Notes under the pieces: model-generated
What the model was told of the DNA's origin: nothing
The model's database searches: none
Seen by the model: the letters and a program-made list of their open reading frames with translations, nothing else
In this document: one piece after another, positions 1 to 12,194 of the stretch
Layout of the letters: every line of letters starts with the position of its first letter
How positions within the stretch are numbered: position 1 is the first letter of the stretch
Assembly (NCBI GenBank): GCA_000708835.1
Contig: DF237627.1
Span: 1-44,308 of the forward strand
Direction: 5' to 3'
DNA from: Klebsormidium nitens
Lineage: Eukaryota; Plantae; Klebsormidiophyceae
DNA length: 44,308 nt
Made by a program: the position numbers and the translations under genes

Positions 1-2067
1 GCCGATCCATCCGGGATATTACGGCGTCTTGCAGACAGCCACGCAGTGCGTCGTTACGACGTAACCACCGCCGTTTCGCTAACTCGCGGTCAACGAAATC
101 CTGTCGAGAACGAGGTTAGGCTTAACCAGTCGTAATCGTTACAGGGTTGGGTGGGAATGCAAGGTCGCGCCAACTGGCGGCGGACGTAGCTCCGCGCTTC
201 CGCGGCCGCGCATGTACGGTCAAAGGGTTTAGCAAGGATTTTGTGAACACCAAAGGTACGGAGCAATTTCCGATGTTCGGCCATGTACACGGTCATCGTC
301 AGCTCAGCAAGCTTTGCACATCTGACATGTGTTCCAAGCTTTAGGGAATGCGTAAAGAGCCGCCATGTGGAAGGCAGACCTTGCCGAGGTCCTTCCGAGC
401 ATTGCGAGCATTAAATGCTGTGGCTTGGGGGCGTGCTCTCGATAATGACGGCATTCTGGCTGTAGCGCCGTATGTCATGCATATGGTGCGCCTACTTCTG
501 TTTGCAAATCATGATCAGTCTGCTTTGTTACCTATGCCGCTTGCCCGTTTTATCATTCTCGCTGAGCATATATATCACGGAAGATATGTCCTAGCACCCC
601 TCATGAGGGTGTTCCCACTTTTTGTCGGGGTGTGCTTTCAGGCGGCGAAACTTTAGCGGAAAGTGACTGATCGATCTGACGTAACCTCCATATATATATT
701 ATCCTGGCATATGGAAGTCCGAGTCGGGTCCGAGTCATGTGGCAATCCAGGATCTCACTGTGAATGTTGCACAGCGGCGCAGAGGCATTCCCTTCAATGA
801 TCTCTTAGACGTTTGCAGCAGCACTGGCCGGCCCGCATTTCAACTTGCAAGTTCGTCTTTTAATTTGCGCATGAAACGATCCTCGAAAACAGAAAACAAC
901 ATCTTCACTGGTAGAACCACTACCGGTTTTCTGCTGCAGGCCAAGGTTGCAGGGCTAGCTTTAGGTTTGCAGGGCTAGCTGGTTGTCTCGGCCTCAATAT
1001 ACCTTTTGACGCATTCGTGTCCAGGACGTGGGTACACTCCCATTCAGTCCAATCAACTCCTAGGACTGGGGAGCCGCATTAATTTGCTGATAAGGTTTCA
1101 AGTCTCGAGCGACCTTGACAAGGGTGCACGTGCCAAGCCGCCGTGGTGTTGTGGGCGCCAAATCTCAGCACCTACGAGCGCCCCACGAGCGCAGAGGAAA
1201 GGTTGGTAGCCTGAAAAGCTGAGCTTGTTGTGCTGGTTTAAGAAGCCCCTCAACAAGATTCTGGAAATATCTACTCCCAGCTAGTGCAGCTGCATGATGC
1301 AAAAGGTGCTACCTGGTCTTTTCGAGTGTATATGTCAGTGGCACATCCTTATAGCATGAGCATTTCCATCGTGATAATCTCCCCTGGCCAATACAGATGC
1401 AAAAAAGGAATCTCCTTTTGAGAAATTGTAGCCTTTTTCCAAACCATATCAGTGGCTGGACTATACTGGTTGAGAAGTTGAGTCCTGGATGATGAACAAG
1501 TTGAGGTGTGTGCCACAATGCATTGCATTTGGACTTCCAAGACGCCGCCTGTGTTTCTTGATAACGTGTGTCAATGATCTTTGGTATGAATCATACAAAG
1601 AAAGCTAAAAATAAAAGCCGTACTTTGACTTAGAAGGTTCTGTTCGCAGCCTCTTATGAAGATGACTTGACATCAAAGCAGAACATGATAGCATAGAACC
1701 CAAGCACTGCTTCAAACATCCAGAACATTTCACAGCGTCACTTTGAGATTGTCACTTTGAAAGCTGAAAAGTCAGCAGGCATGGTAGCCCTTGATCCTTC
1801 TTTCTAAACATCCGTCTGAAGTTCCAGGGCCAGAACCAGAATGTTGCAGCCAGGAATAAGTAGCTAGAACGAGTACTCACATATTTTTCTTCAACTATGC
1901 AGGTACTCAGTCACGAGGAAAAAGTGGGACCTTTCCCCTAGCCTTGTGCAGCGGCCTCCTAAGCTCTCCCAAGCAGGGCTGTCAAGCACATCTTTGGCGC
2001 TTGCTTAAGTAGCACCCGAACAATATCAGGGAGGCCAGAAACCACTACTTCACTGCTGGCAAATACC

Positions 2068-3742
2068 ATGGCAACTTTTCACCACGACTCAGCAATGTTT
2101 GCCAACCAGACGGGCGCGCACCCTGCTCATATGGCACCGGGGAATTATGAGGGCCGTCAAGTCCATGTGGGGCAGCAGCTCCCGCCCCAGGACCCCGCTC
2201 TCCAGAGCCACCCCCCCCATTTCCAGCCCCAGTACAGCCCCCCAACAGGGCACAATCACCACCATAACTGGTCTTACGTGCAGCACCAGTACGCTCCTCA
2301 GAGTCACACCCAGTCATCTGGCGCTCAGCAGTACTCCCAGCCAACCCCTCAGAACTACGCCCACTCATCAGCTCCCCAACAGTACTTCCAAGCGCCATCC
2401 CCCCATCAGCATACCCACCCTGTCGCTCAGCAGTATTCCCAGCCAACCCCGCCGCAGAATTCGCAGCCACCTCATCACGGTCACAGCTACCCGCAGGCGC
2501 CCCCGCCTATGTACATGCATACGGCGCCAGTCTATCACGCACAGCCCGTTCACCCGACGCCCCCGCGGCGGCGTCTCCGGCCCCCGCGCCGGCGTCGCAA
2601 GATGCGGGCGGCAAGCAGAACAGCACGGGGGACCAGTTGAAGAAGATGCTTGAGGCGGGTAAGAAGATGATGAAACAGGACGAGTTGACGCCGCAACAGC
2701 AGGCAGCGAAGCAGCAGCAGAAGGCGGCAAAAGAGCAGCAGCAGGCGGCGAGAGAGCAGCAGGTGGCGATGAATCAGGCGATGTGCGCTCACTCGACTGA
2801 CTACATGGTGGAGGAGCCTACCGGCTTTGCATGGGTGAGGTTTGGTTTGGTTTTTAATTGTCTTGTTTAGCTTTGACCGGGTCGAGTGGGTCTTTAATGA
2901 CATTCAGACCAGTCGTATCTGGTGAAAGGGCGCTTTCGTAGCAACTGTGTCCAAGTCAAATGGTTCCTGGTGGATTAGAAGCTCATGGTCTTGGCCTGGA
3001 TTTGGATTCGTCCACCCGTGATGTCTTGTTCGCCTCCCCCTCCTTTCAAAAGCGGAAGTGCAGGCAATCAGAGACGAAGCCTTTCAAGCTTTCATGCCAC
3101 CTGTCTTTTCCGATTGAGTAACGTCTAAAAGTTTAAGGCAATCCGTCTTCAATTGAGATGCACAAAATCGTTGGTCCTTCAAAAGGTGTGATGTCAACCA
3201 GTCAGACAAGCTTGGCGAATCTGATCAACGGTTGTGGGCTGCGCGCCGTCATGAGGACCAGACCCTGTCGAGTTCACCTTTCTCACTCAACCGCCCGCCA
3301 CAAATGGCTCCCATCGGAGCAGTACCTCTTACGCGAGCGCGCTCACTTCTCTGTATGAGCCACTGACTTCCAGTCGGGATTCAACCTTTTCTGACGCTTT
3401 GAGCTATCTTGCCATGTGTCTTCGGGCCGTTCCTTCGTCTTCTTCGGGCTGTCCAGCCCACCGCAAAATCTGGGGGAGTACTTGCCTGCTTCCTTTTAAT
3501 CACACATGGGCTTGTAAAGCGTTCCGACCACAAGTTAGTGAGCTTTCTCTCTCCTCTCTTAAACCCTTGCAAACATCTTTCGTTACGGCTGCCACGTCTT
3601 CGCAGCTCCTTAAAATTGCTCTTAAAAATCCCTCACCTTGCCACGTGTGCAGTTGTGCTGCTGCTTCTGGCTGCTGACGGGCAACCCGGCGCCGTGCACG
3701 CAGATCCGCTGCACAAACTGTGACCTGATTGTGCAGTCTTGA
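2068..3742 (+). CDS. Pro/Gln/Tyr-rich protein with C-terminal LITAF/BRI3-like Cys domain; contains a 1-nt frame break near 2553-2555
   Basis: ATG at 2068 opens a P/Q/Y/H-rich ORF. The natural-looking continuation (DAPAAASPAPAPASQDAGGKQ...MCAHSTDYMVEEPTGFAW) is in a different frame. Donor TGG|GTGAGG at 2835 and acceptor GTGCAG| at 3652 give a phase-0 last exon 3653-3742 (LCCCFWLLTGNPAPCTQIRCTNCDLIVQS*). The Cys/His, hydrophobic Cys-rich stretch, CxxC layout resembles LITAF/BRI3 domains; this family call is inference. Confidence 0.5.
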
Positions 3743-4677
3743 AGTTCTCCGAAACCAGAGGCGCAAAATCTTCTACTGGGCGCTTCGAATCGGTCGGTTC
3801 AAAGCACAGCCCGTTGGAGACGTGCATCGTCTTCTAATTGCACACAAGTAACTTGAAGAAATAGCTCTATTGTATACGAGATTGAATTCTGGATTGATTG
3901 AAGCAGTGTCTGGTGGTAGGGAGGGCCGGTTTCTTCGGCATTTGAAGCGAGCTGGTTACTTGTGGAGTAATAAGCATCTAGTTGTCAAAGATGGAGAGGA
4001 TCTGCGAAGCGGCGCCTCCGATACTGCAAAGTAACGGCGTGGTTTAGGCGCAGCGCATGATTCTAGCTTGTCGATTACCGATATGTAGAACCTTCCGGAG
4101 GACGAGTATATCGCAGCTCCAGGGGTGCCAACTTCGACAACGTCGAACGCGGAGTGGAGCACTGGTAGGAATTCTACGTCGTGAGTATATAAAGCAGTAT
4201 CGTAGCCGTTTGGAATTGGATGAAAGTGTCCATGTCATCCTTTCGTTGCGTCCGATGCATATGGCGAACGGGCCGGGCAGCATCGGGGGACGCCAGTGTA
4301 TCTTTTAAATGCTCCATAGTCTGAGTGGGTCCGACGATAATTAATGTGGCTTAGGCTCATACCTACATGGTAGACCGCCCGGGAGGGCGGTGGAGGCTTG
4401 CCTATTATGTGGGGCGACCGGGCGGCTTTTACAAAGTGCGTCTTCTGCCAATTCCGGCAGATTCCGTTTTCTGCCGATTCCGACCGGAACATACCCAAGT
4501 CTCATACGTTGCGTACTGTAAGTTGTTTTGCGGTGCAGACCAGGTCACCAGGCTCTCCTCTGCCCGGGCACTTTGTCGCATCTTTACAAAAGTTTGGGTG
4601 CAATACTGATGGAGTCCACTGAAGTCAAGGGTATTTTAATTTCTATTTTCTACACTGAATGGCCGGGTTAAGCCGCA

Positions 4678-5696
4678 GTGTCAGCCGCTTGGCAGAGGTA
4701 CCAACTTCAACGTGGCACTTCCGCACGAGTTCGTAGATCTCGGAGCTTTGACTTCTACCAGGTCGAGGTATCCAGTAGCGCTTGCAAATCGCCTCCGCCT
4801 CTGGTGAAGAGTGCTGCCGCAGGTCGTGGGGAAACGGACACAAAGGGGTATTTCGTTCGGGCTTGGTACCTTGGCTGGATTTTTTCTGTGACGTGGAACG
4901 TCGTCAGCGGAGTGGCGGGCCTTACCACTGCAGAGGTGCTTTTCGTCGCTCTGGCATGGGTGGTCGCTATGATGCTCCTCGCGGTAGTTGCCGGAGCCTG
5001 GTTCTGGGTTCGTCGGATCTCTGCGAAACTCTGCCAAAGCTTTGAAGCAAGCCGCCCTCCTCCGGACCACGTCTCTGCATCGACTCCCGACACCATACAG
5101 GACGACGTCAGCAAGGGCCCTATGATGTCAGAGAGACCCTTTTCTCTCTGGTGGAGAAACGTCAAGGCTTTGTTCACTTATCTCTGGGCGGCCGTCGGGG
5201 CGTTGGTATGCGGCGCGGCGGTGCTCGCGAGCGCCCTGGCCGTCCTCTCCCTCGTGGCTGCGCCAATCCTGGCCGTTGGATTCGTCATCTGTCAGAACTC
5301 CAACGGTTCACCTCAGCGCGAGGGGGCCCAGTTAGTCTGCCTGATCCCAATCAGGCAGGCCTCAACCAGCACTTGTCCTCACAGCACGGTGGAGCTAACC
5401 TCACTTTGTGCACGACAAAAAACCTGCAGTTCTACGTGGCTTGCCCCGCTGCCAGCTGTGAACAATTGGCGGAGCCTTATGGGCGTCGTCCGCCTGCCGG
5501 AGAGCCGTACACGTGGCCGTCGGTGGTGCCTGCCAGCTGTCCATCACGCTTTGGGCCTTTTGAGACAGAGATTCTGCGCCTCGTCGCTATCTGTGGCTTT
5601 GCGGGCCTGATGTATATTCTCGTGATGTTCTGCTGTTGGGTGTGTTCAGTCACACCTGAGCAGCCGCGCTATGCAGCTTACGGGGGATACTACTAG
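4678..5696 (+). CDS. Hypothetical multi-pass membrane protein, gene model unresolved
   Basis: 310-aa ORF 4678-5610 with clear hydrophobic segments (VLFVALAWVVAMMLLAVVAGAWFW; LWAAVGALVCGAAVLASALAVLSLVAAPILAVGFVIC). A branch-like GCTAAC and CTGCAG acceptor at 5429 precede a protein-like segment in another frame ending in a hydrophobic stretch and stop at 5696. I found no convincing phase-matched donor and no family match. Confidence 0.3.
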
Positions 5697-8115
5697 CTGT
5701 CGCTCAACCAATTGCTTTCAAATATTGGGACCGAGATAAAAAGGAAGATGTAGATGCTGAGCAGAGGGACTGAAAGGTTACGTGATGGGTGGGATCATGC
5801 GTGAATTCTAGAGTCGAAGTTTAATACGCCTGTGAAAGGCGTCAAAACTTCCTTGTAGCACCGCAGATTGTGCGATGATGTGGACAGCTCCGCATTGACT
5901 TCTGGATAGTTCTCCACACTGGGTTTCTACTGGCAGTTGGGTTGCAAAATAGTAGTCATCGTCACGACGGCCAAATAGAAAACTTACTTTGCCGAGATGC
6001 TTTACCTACCAGCGTATAGCTGCGCGCCTCTAGGTGCTTGCCTATCGCGGCCTCAATCTGCATTTGGAAATTTTCTTAGGGAGAGTTTCTCGTCAACCTG
6101 ATGTAAATGCAAAGCTACACAACTACCGTATGCTGAATTACTCGACAGACTGATTGCTCCTTTTCCTTCTTCATCCGTACTCCTTCATCCTTGATTCTTC
6201 ATATGGCAACGAGCATTGTCTTGAATGCATATATTGCTTTCCTATCACGCTTGCACCCAACTTGAGCTTGCATATGCACCAGAAGTCTCCGTGCATCCCA
6301 AGAATCATGATGATCCATCGATCGAGTCTCAACCCCAAAACTCGAAGATTCAGGATCAAGATGTCTCGATCTTATTCGAAGATTCGCCTTCTTCTTCTTT
6401 TAAGAGTACGACTTGCGCATGTTTTACGTTACGTGGTCGCCAATAAGGACGTAAACATGAGAGGTTTCACGTCCGGTCGCAAGCCCCCGATCCAAAGCAA
6501 AGTGTCCGCACTACGTCAGGCTTCAGAAGTTGTGCGCCTTTGATACTCTGGCATGCTCGTACCGTTCGGCTACATAGATGTCAAAGCTATCTTTACGCGT
6601 AAATAAAACCCAATTACTTTCAATATCCTTGCGCGGGATTTGCTTTGGCAGCGCTGCGAAAACGTATCGGTCTGCGTCCGGCAGAGTTGCGACTATCGAT
6701 ATCACGGGAGCACGTCTCAATGGAAACGTAGGAACATGCCCATGTCATACATAGAAATCAGAATGGACCGAACAGCTTGCCCCCGAACAGCAGGCATTCG
6801 TGCAGCCGAAGCGCCGCGTGCTAGCCAATCAACCAAGCAACATGAGCAGATCAATCTTAATTACCAATGCCGCCGTGGGACCGTCTTCTGCGAAGACGTA
6901 TACGTATTTGATTCAAGGCTGAAAGTGGTAGCTTCAGTTGCTCTTACCATAATACTTCTCAAATTCCACCGCCATCGTTTCGTCGAACACTGAAGGTGGT
7001 CAATCGCAACTTTGAGAGATCCGATTATCCTTTGTGATCTGTATAACCAGGCTTTGGCAGTGCCCCCAAAGATCTTTTGTGCCAGCTTATTGCAGGCCAG
7101 CCTGGCGCCTGCCCTCGAAAGATGCGCAGAATGTTGCACTATGGAGTGGCATGGGGTATGACTTAAAAGGTTGCGCGTCGACCGAGAACCTACTTGGCCT
7201 CCAGTGTTGCCTTTGTAGTACCGACAGGTAGGAGGTACGGTACTTTTCAAGCCATATTGCTCCTCTGGTATGTACCCTGGTCTACCACGTGGATCTGAAA
7301 GCCATCCGATTGGCTAAGAAATCTGAAAAGCTCTTTGCAGCTTTTCGGTCGACGCGCACCCTTACCACTGTAGCTGACTGTAGCAGTCTCACTAGGAGAC
7401 AGTTTGTTTGAATTTTCACTGCTCAGGTCTGTTGCGCGTTTAGATTGACGTCATGTGTGCGAGCTTCATTAAGCTAAAGCTGGTTGATTTGCACTGTGAT
7501 ACGTGCAGATCTGGAAGTGAAGCTGAAACTCATCTCAGGATCGAAGGATGCCAAATTCTTTTCTTGCAGAAAGGACAGTATGTGAAATGGCTGAGGACTT
7601 CTGAAGCGCTTTGATTTGAGATATTGCGCGCAGGATGAGCGGTTTCGTAAGGTTAGTTATACGGGAGATCTCGAACCTGACGTCTGGTATCCGATAACAG
7701 ATGGCCAGTGCAACCTTGAACGTTGCAAGAAGCATATGGGAAAGTTGCAAGAAGGCGTTAGGTACAGCTTTGCAAAGGCGTTCTCCCCAAGAAAGTCTGG
7801 GCAGCAGTTTCGGACCCTAGCTCCTGGCATGGAAAGGTAGAGTCCCCCAGTCTTCGCAGAGCTACAGACGCTGACTAAATGTTTGAGCAGGAGCCTCTCA
7901 AAGACTTCGACTAATGGTGATGCGGCAACAGGCGATGTACGTCTGTCGTGGAACATTGGCTCTAATCTGAAAAAGGACACCAATCATTTTCCGCTTAGTA
8001 AGGTTGCTCGAATTGCTTACCAAAGTTCTTTTCAGCACTTAATTATGTGGCCCTGGAGCCTCTGGTGCCCCTCTTAGGATCCAAGTGTGGTTCTTTGTCT
8101 GTATATTTATGCGTG

Positions 8116-10492
8116 ATGGAGGCTGAGGCTCTGTCCTGCGCGATGAGTGAGTCGTAGAAAAGATTCGTCCTTGAATGCTGCTGAAAAGTTCTTCATTGTA
8201 GAGCAACGTTTGGCAGATCATTCTGTTGCTCTCAAGAATGCGGCACGTTGCAAGGTTTCTCGATGACAGACGGCAGCATGGATACCCTGCATATCAGCTG
8301 CCAAAGCTGCCACTGCATCCTTGAGGTAAGTCTTCCCTTCTTTGTTTCCTTGACCAGCTTTCATTTGTGAGCTCGTGCATGCTTTCAAGCGATCTGTTAA
8401 GAATAACATTGATTGTGCATGACCGAAAGTATCAGACGAGTCTGCAGGTCTTCTAGACATCTTTTGGATCATGTGAATCATGCGAGTCATCTTTTTCTGC
8501 AGGTGGAGCTACCTCCAGATCTAATGCAGACCACGGTACACGTGCGCTGCGGGAACTGCAAAAGCATTCTCTCTTGCGACATCACAGAACATCTTCTCGA
8601 GATGGCGCAGGTAAAGCTAACCTTAATCTTTGGTTTGTCTATAGGTATATCACTCCTGTCTCTTGCTGTGCGGAGATCTGGATCCACCTGAATTCAATCT
8701 TTATCGGTTTCAGAAAACCATGAAATAACGGGAGACACGTATTGAATAGAGTTCATTTGAAGCATTCACCTCGTATACCGTTTCAGGTTTCTGTGGACCT
8801 TCCTTCAACTCAAGAGGGCCGGCGCCATTCAAACGCCTCATTCAGCAGCGTGGAAGGATTTGAAGAATTTGAGAAGGAGGAGCGGCTCAGCGGTGGTACA
8901 GGGAAAGAACATGCTGACCACGGAAAGGCACCCAAGAGTAAGTCATCTCGAATCAATGACTCTTTCGATCTGTGCGTCTGTTGGTAGGGGTTTGCAAAAC
9001 GTTGTCGATTATAAGAATGATCTGGGAATTGATCATTCTTTAGACGTCTCCTGTCCTGATCTTGCGCGGCGCGTGCAACACTTTTACGATTGCAACCGTT
9101 CAGAAGCCGGACCGCATCCTAGACTGAACTTTTAACCACTAATTATGCTGGTTTTCAGACAAAGAGAAGAAGCCCCGGGCGCCAAGTCCGTACAACAACT
9201 TCATCAAGTAAGTCAACCCTTGCGAAGTCTTTCGCCCCCTCTCAAAGTGACCCTGCTGCACTCTTCCGTCCTTCGTCTCTGAGAGCCAAAGCTAGATCTT
9301 TGCATTCGGGCGCTCAACTTGACACTCTAAGCAATGCTTGATTGTGGTTCAGAATGATGGCTGGAAGCACGCTGCAGGGATCAAGTGCCGAAGCTGAAGG
9401 CCGCAAATCCAGGCATCAATCACAAAGTGGGTTTTCAAGACGTTTCTCTTTAGAATAAGCCGATAAGTCAACATTAACACCATCTTGAATGTGTCGTGAC
9501 GAGTGCAAATCTGGGCGGCAGAGGCCCGAAATGCAAATCGGCCCGCACAATAACCTTTCCGCAAATTAGGCATCTGCACATTGAAAAGTCGAAGTTCTTA
9601 CACACGTAAACGATGATCCTCCCCTCAAAGCCCTTATTACAGGATGCTTCTTCGTGGAAGAGTGAGATAGCCACAGGACAATCCCTGGTTGATAGCCGCA
9701 ACTGTGCCTCACCGCTTACCCGTTCGCTTCTTGAGAAGTCATGTCTTCGAAACCAGTTTCACTGGCGACTTCTTTTCTGCAGGAAGCGTTCCGTCTCGCC
9801 GCACTCAAAGTAAGCTCCACCTCACTTCTGCGCATCCAGCAATGTAGCTCCGATCATCTTTCCCCGCGACGTCTAGCGTTGTGCTGATGGGGATCCCTCG
9901 ATGCTCCGTCTTTTCGTCAGACTACAGGGGTTGACATATCCGCGGATTGTTTTCTGCTCGTAATTCTTTGCAGTGGGGGTCGTCTTCATTGAACCCGCGA
10001 GCCGTCAGAGACGGGCAGGCTGATGAGCAGCGCGAGTTTCTGCAAGGACTACGTGAAGCTGGCGCTCTTCGCAACCACGGTACATGAGGTTGATTGGACT
10101 TTGTGCACAAATTTCAACCGGTCCATCTATGCATTGTTTCCGCCGGAATGGTCGACAAGCCTGTAACAGGAAGAATGAAGGCTGTTATTTCGAAAAGAGA
10201 ATCAGTTTACCGCTTCGCAGCCTGCCGCACTGTCGTATACAGCATGATGAGTCTGTTGAACAGAGCTTGGAGCTGAAGCTACGCTGTTCACGTCCTGCTA
10301 TTGCCACCCTCAGCTGTTGGCAATTTCGTTAAGAACAACGGACAAATTGCTGCTCTGAACCTGTAATCAGTTGCGACAGCGCTACCTGTCGTATCCGGCA
10401 AGGTGGTCTTGAAATGACTTTGACGTTTTTATGAACGTAAGCTGATGCCTTACTCTCGTTCTCCTGCAGACTTCCACCAACCTCCAGGATAA
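8116..10492 (+). CDS. YAB: YABBY-family transcription factor (C2C2 zinc finger plus YABBY/HMG-like domain)
   Basis: Exons 8116-8146, 8237-8325, 8503-8610, 8787-8937, 9159-9207, 9378-9426, 9783-9809, 9974-10079, 10470-10492 total 633 nt (210 aa plus stop), all GT-AG. Zinc finger CQSC-x20-CGNC (ISCQSCHCILEVELPPDLMQTTVHVRCGNCKSILS). YABBY domain KEKKPRAPSPYNNFIKDQVPKLKAANPGINHKEAFRLAALKW matches the plant consensus [42 protein letters not shown]. First and last exons are less certain. Confidence 0.9.
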
Positions 10493-12194
10493 GAAGCCCC
10501 ACAACTTGAAGCTGCCCATTGGTCACAAGTCGAAGTTTGGATCGAACTTTATCAAAATAGTTTGTGACGATTTTTCCTCCACCTCGAGTGCTTCGAGCGG
10601 ATTTGAATGCGGCGCGGCAGTGTCGCCAGCAAACATTGTCATGAACCTAGCAATCAGACGATATATACGAGAAGCTAGGATGTGATCCTGTGCTTTCCTC
10701 GCGTGTAGCACGTGTTGCTACACACACCGGGATTCGATTGTTCACACACTGAAGGGCTGCCGTCAAGCTCCAGAAGCTACAAACTTGAAACGTCCGACTC
10801 GAAATAAAACATCTCAAAACCATACCCTAAGTAGTAGCTTAAGTTTCAGGTTGGATCATTGATTCTTTTGGGGAACATACTGGGTTGCATATTGTTTCGC
10901 TCAAGCAATCTCACATGAAAGAGTGACCCTGGGGCTCTTATAAGGTCCTATGAGACAGGCGCGCCGCGACCTTATAGGCGCTCATCTCGTTTTCCAGAAT
11001 AGCCAGTGCCTAATTTTTAAGGAGGGTCGTGCTGCGGCAAATCAGACGTTGAGCGAAGCTACGAAAATTTTCTTCCAGCTGCAACGTGAGTCTTGAACAT
11101 AGCCGGCCAGCCCATGTGCACACTTCATGTTGATTTTCTGTGTATGGCCCCAGCTGCACTGCATGAGCGCGGCGGCATACACCAATGTGCACCAAGATCT
11201 ATGAACGGAACGCGTACAGCTATTCAATTCTTATTGTGCGGGCATGCATGTACCAATCATTGAATTTCAGCGAGAATAATTCTGAGTTGTTCAGTCATGC
11301 ACCAATTTTCATGCGTAATCCGCCAATTTTGAAATGACGAGTTCGATTGCACACTAGCAACAACCAAGCCTGGCAGGCCGACTCTCGAAAAGATTTGCGA
11401 TCGAGAATTCTTGTAGTAGAAGGGATTTGAGTCGGCAGATGTCAATCGGACTCATGATATATTCAGAATGATCCCGGCCGTACCAAGATTCACCATCTGA
11501 TGCTCTCTCAAGATCCGGTATTGTGAGCAACGGCATGATTGTCAAGTCGATCAAAACTAGTGCACTTCACATGCCATGTCCGACGGATCATATATGAATT
11601 CCGTCCATCCGCTGGATGATCAGGCCTAGCCTAGACGTTCATGCGAACCCCAGATTGCCACATCCGGCTGCTGCTGGCATCATGCCGCGTTTGCAACTGA
11701 CTTGGCGCAGATCCTTTGTCGCATTTGGTCGACTCGCCCACTCCCGACAAATGAAAAGGTGAGGGACTTAGCAAAGCACAATTCGAGGAATTTAGCAGGC
11801 CGGAATCGTTAGAGAAGTATCGGATCTTAGCATTGTGTCCAGACGGTTTTCAGCTCTTCGTAAGAGCCAAACACCCTGCCTCATCTAGCAAGGAGGTGCA
11901 ACACAGACGTCATTATTTCGTTTCTTCGCGCACAGCCAGGAATGCACAACAGCCGAACTTGGATCTGCGCCGAGACTTGCAAAGTCTCAGTTCACAGCTG
12001 TGAAGATTCAATGTCACCCTCCCCTAAGGCCCTCGCTGCAAAGTGCTGCCTGCACCTGCTTCCTACAAGCGGGGTGCACGCTCGACGCTATACATGAGCG
12101 CTGGCCCGACCCAACCCCTTATGAGAGTCTACTACCACACACCGCAAAGACGCTTCTGACCTACAGTGACTATTCCCAGAACGATGATGCTGCG

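Noticed and set aside
1-330. Minus-strand fragment DFVDRELAKRRWLRRNDALRGCLQDAVISRMD after a CAG acceptor, faintly like the Helitron Rep 'GLL-x-DD-x-EW-x2-CL-x-EA' motif
   Set aside because: Similarity is too weak, the window edge truncates it, and no other Rep or helicase motif is visible.
944-980. 20-bp-period direct repeat (G/T)TTGCAGGGCTAGCT
   Set aside because: Only two short copies; not CRISPR-like and no functional context.
6190-6230. QDNARCH on the - strand, resembling the Tc1/mariner DDE motif QDNAxxH
   Set aside because: The frame has several stops, there is no downstream SPDLNPIE-like motif and no terminal inverted repeats were seen.
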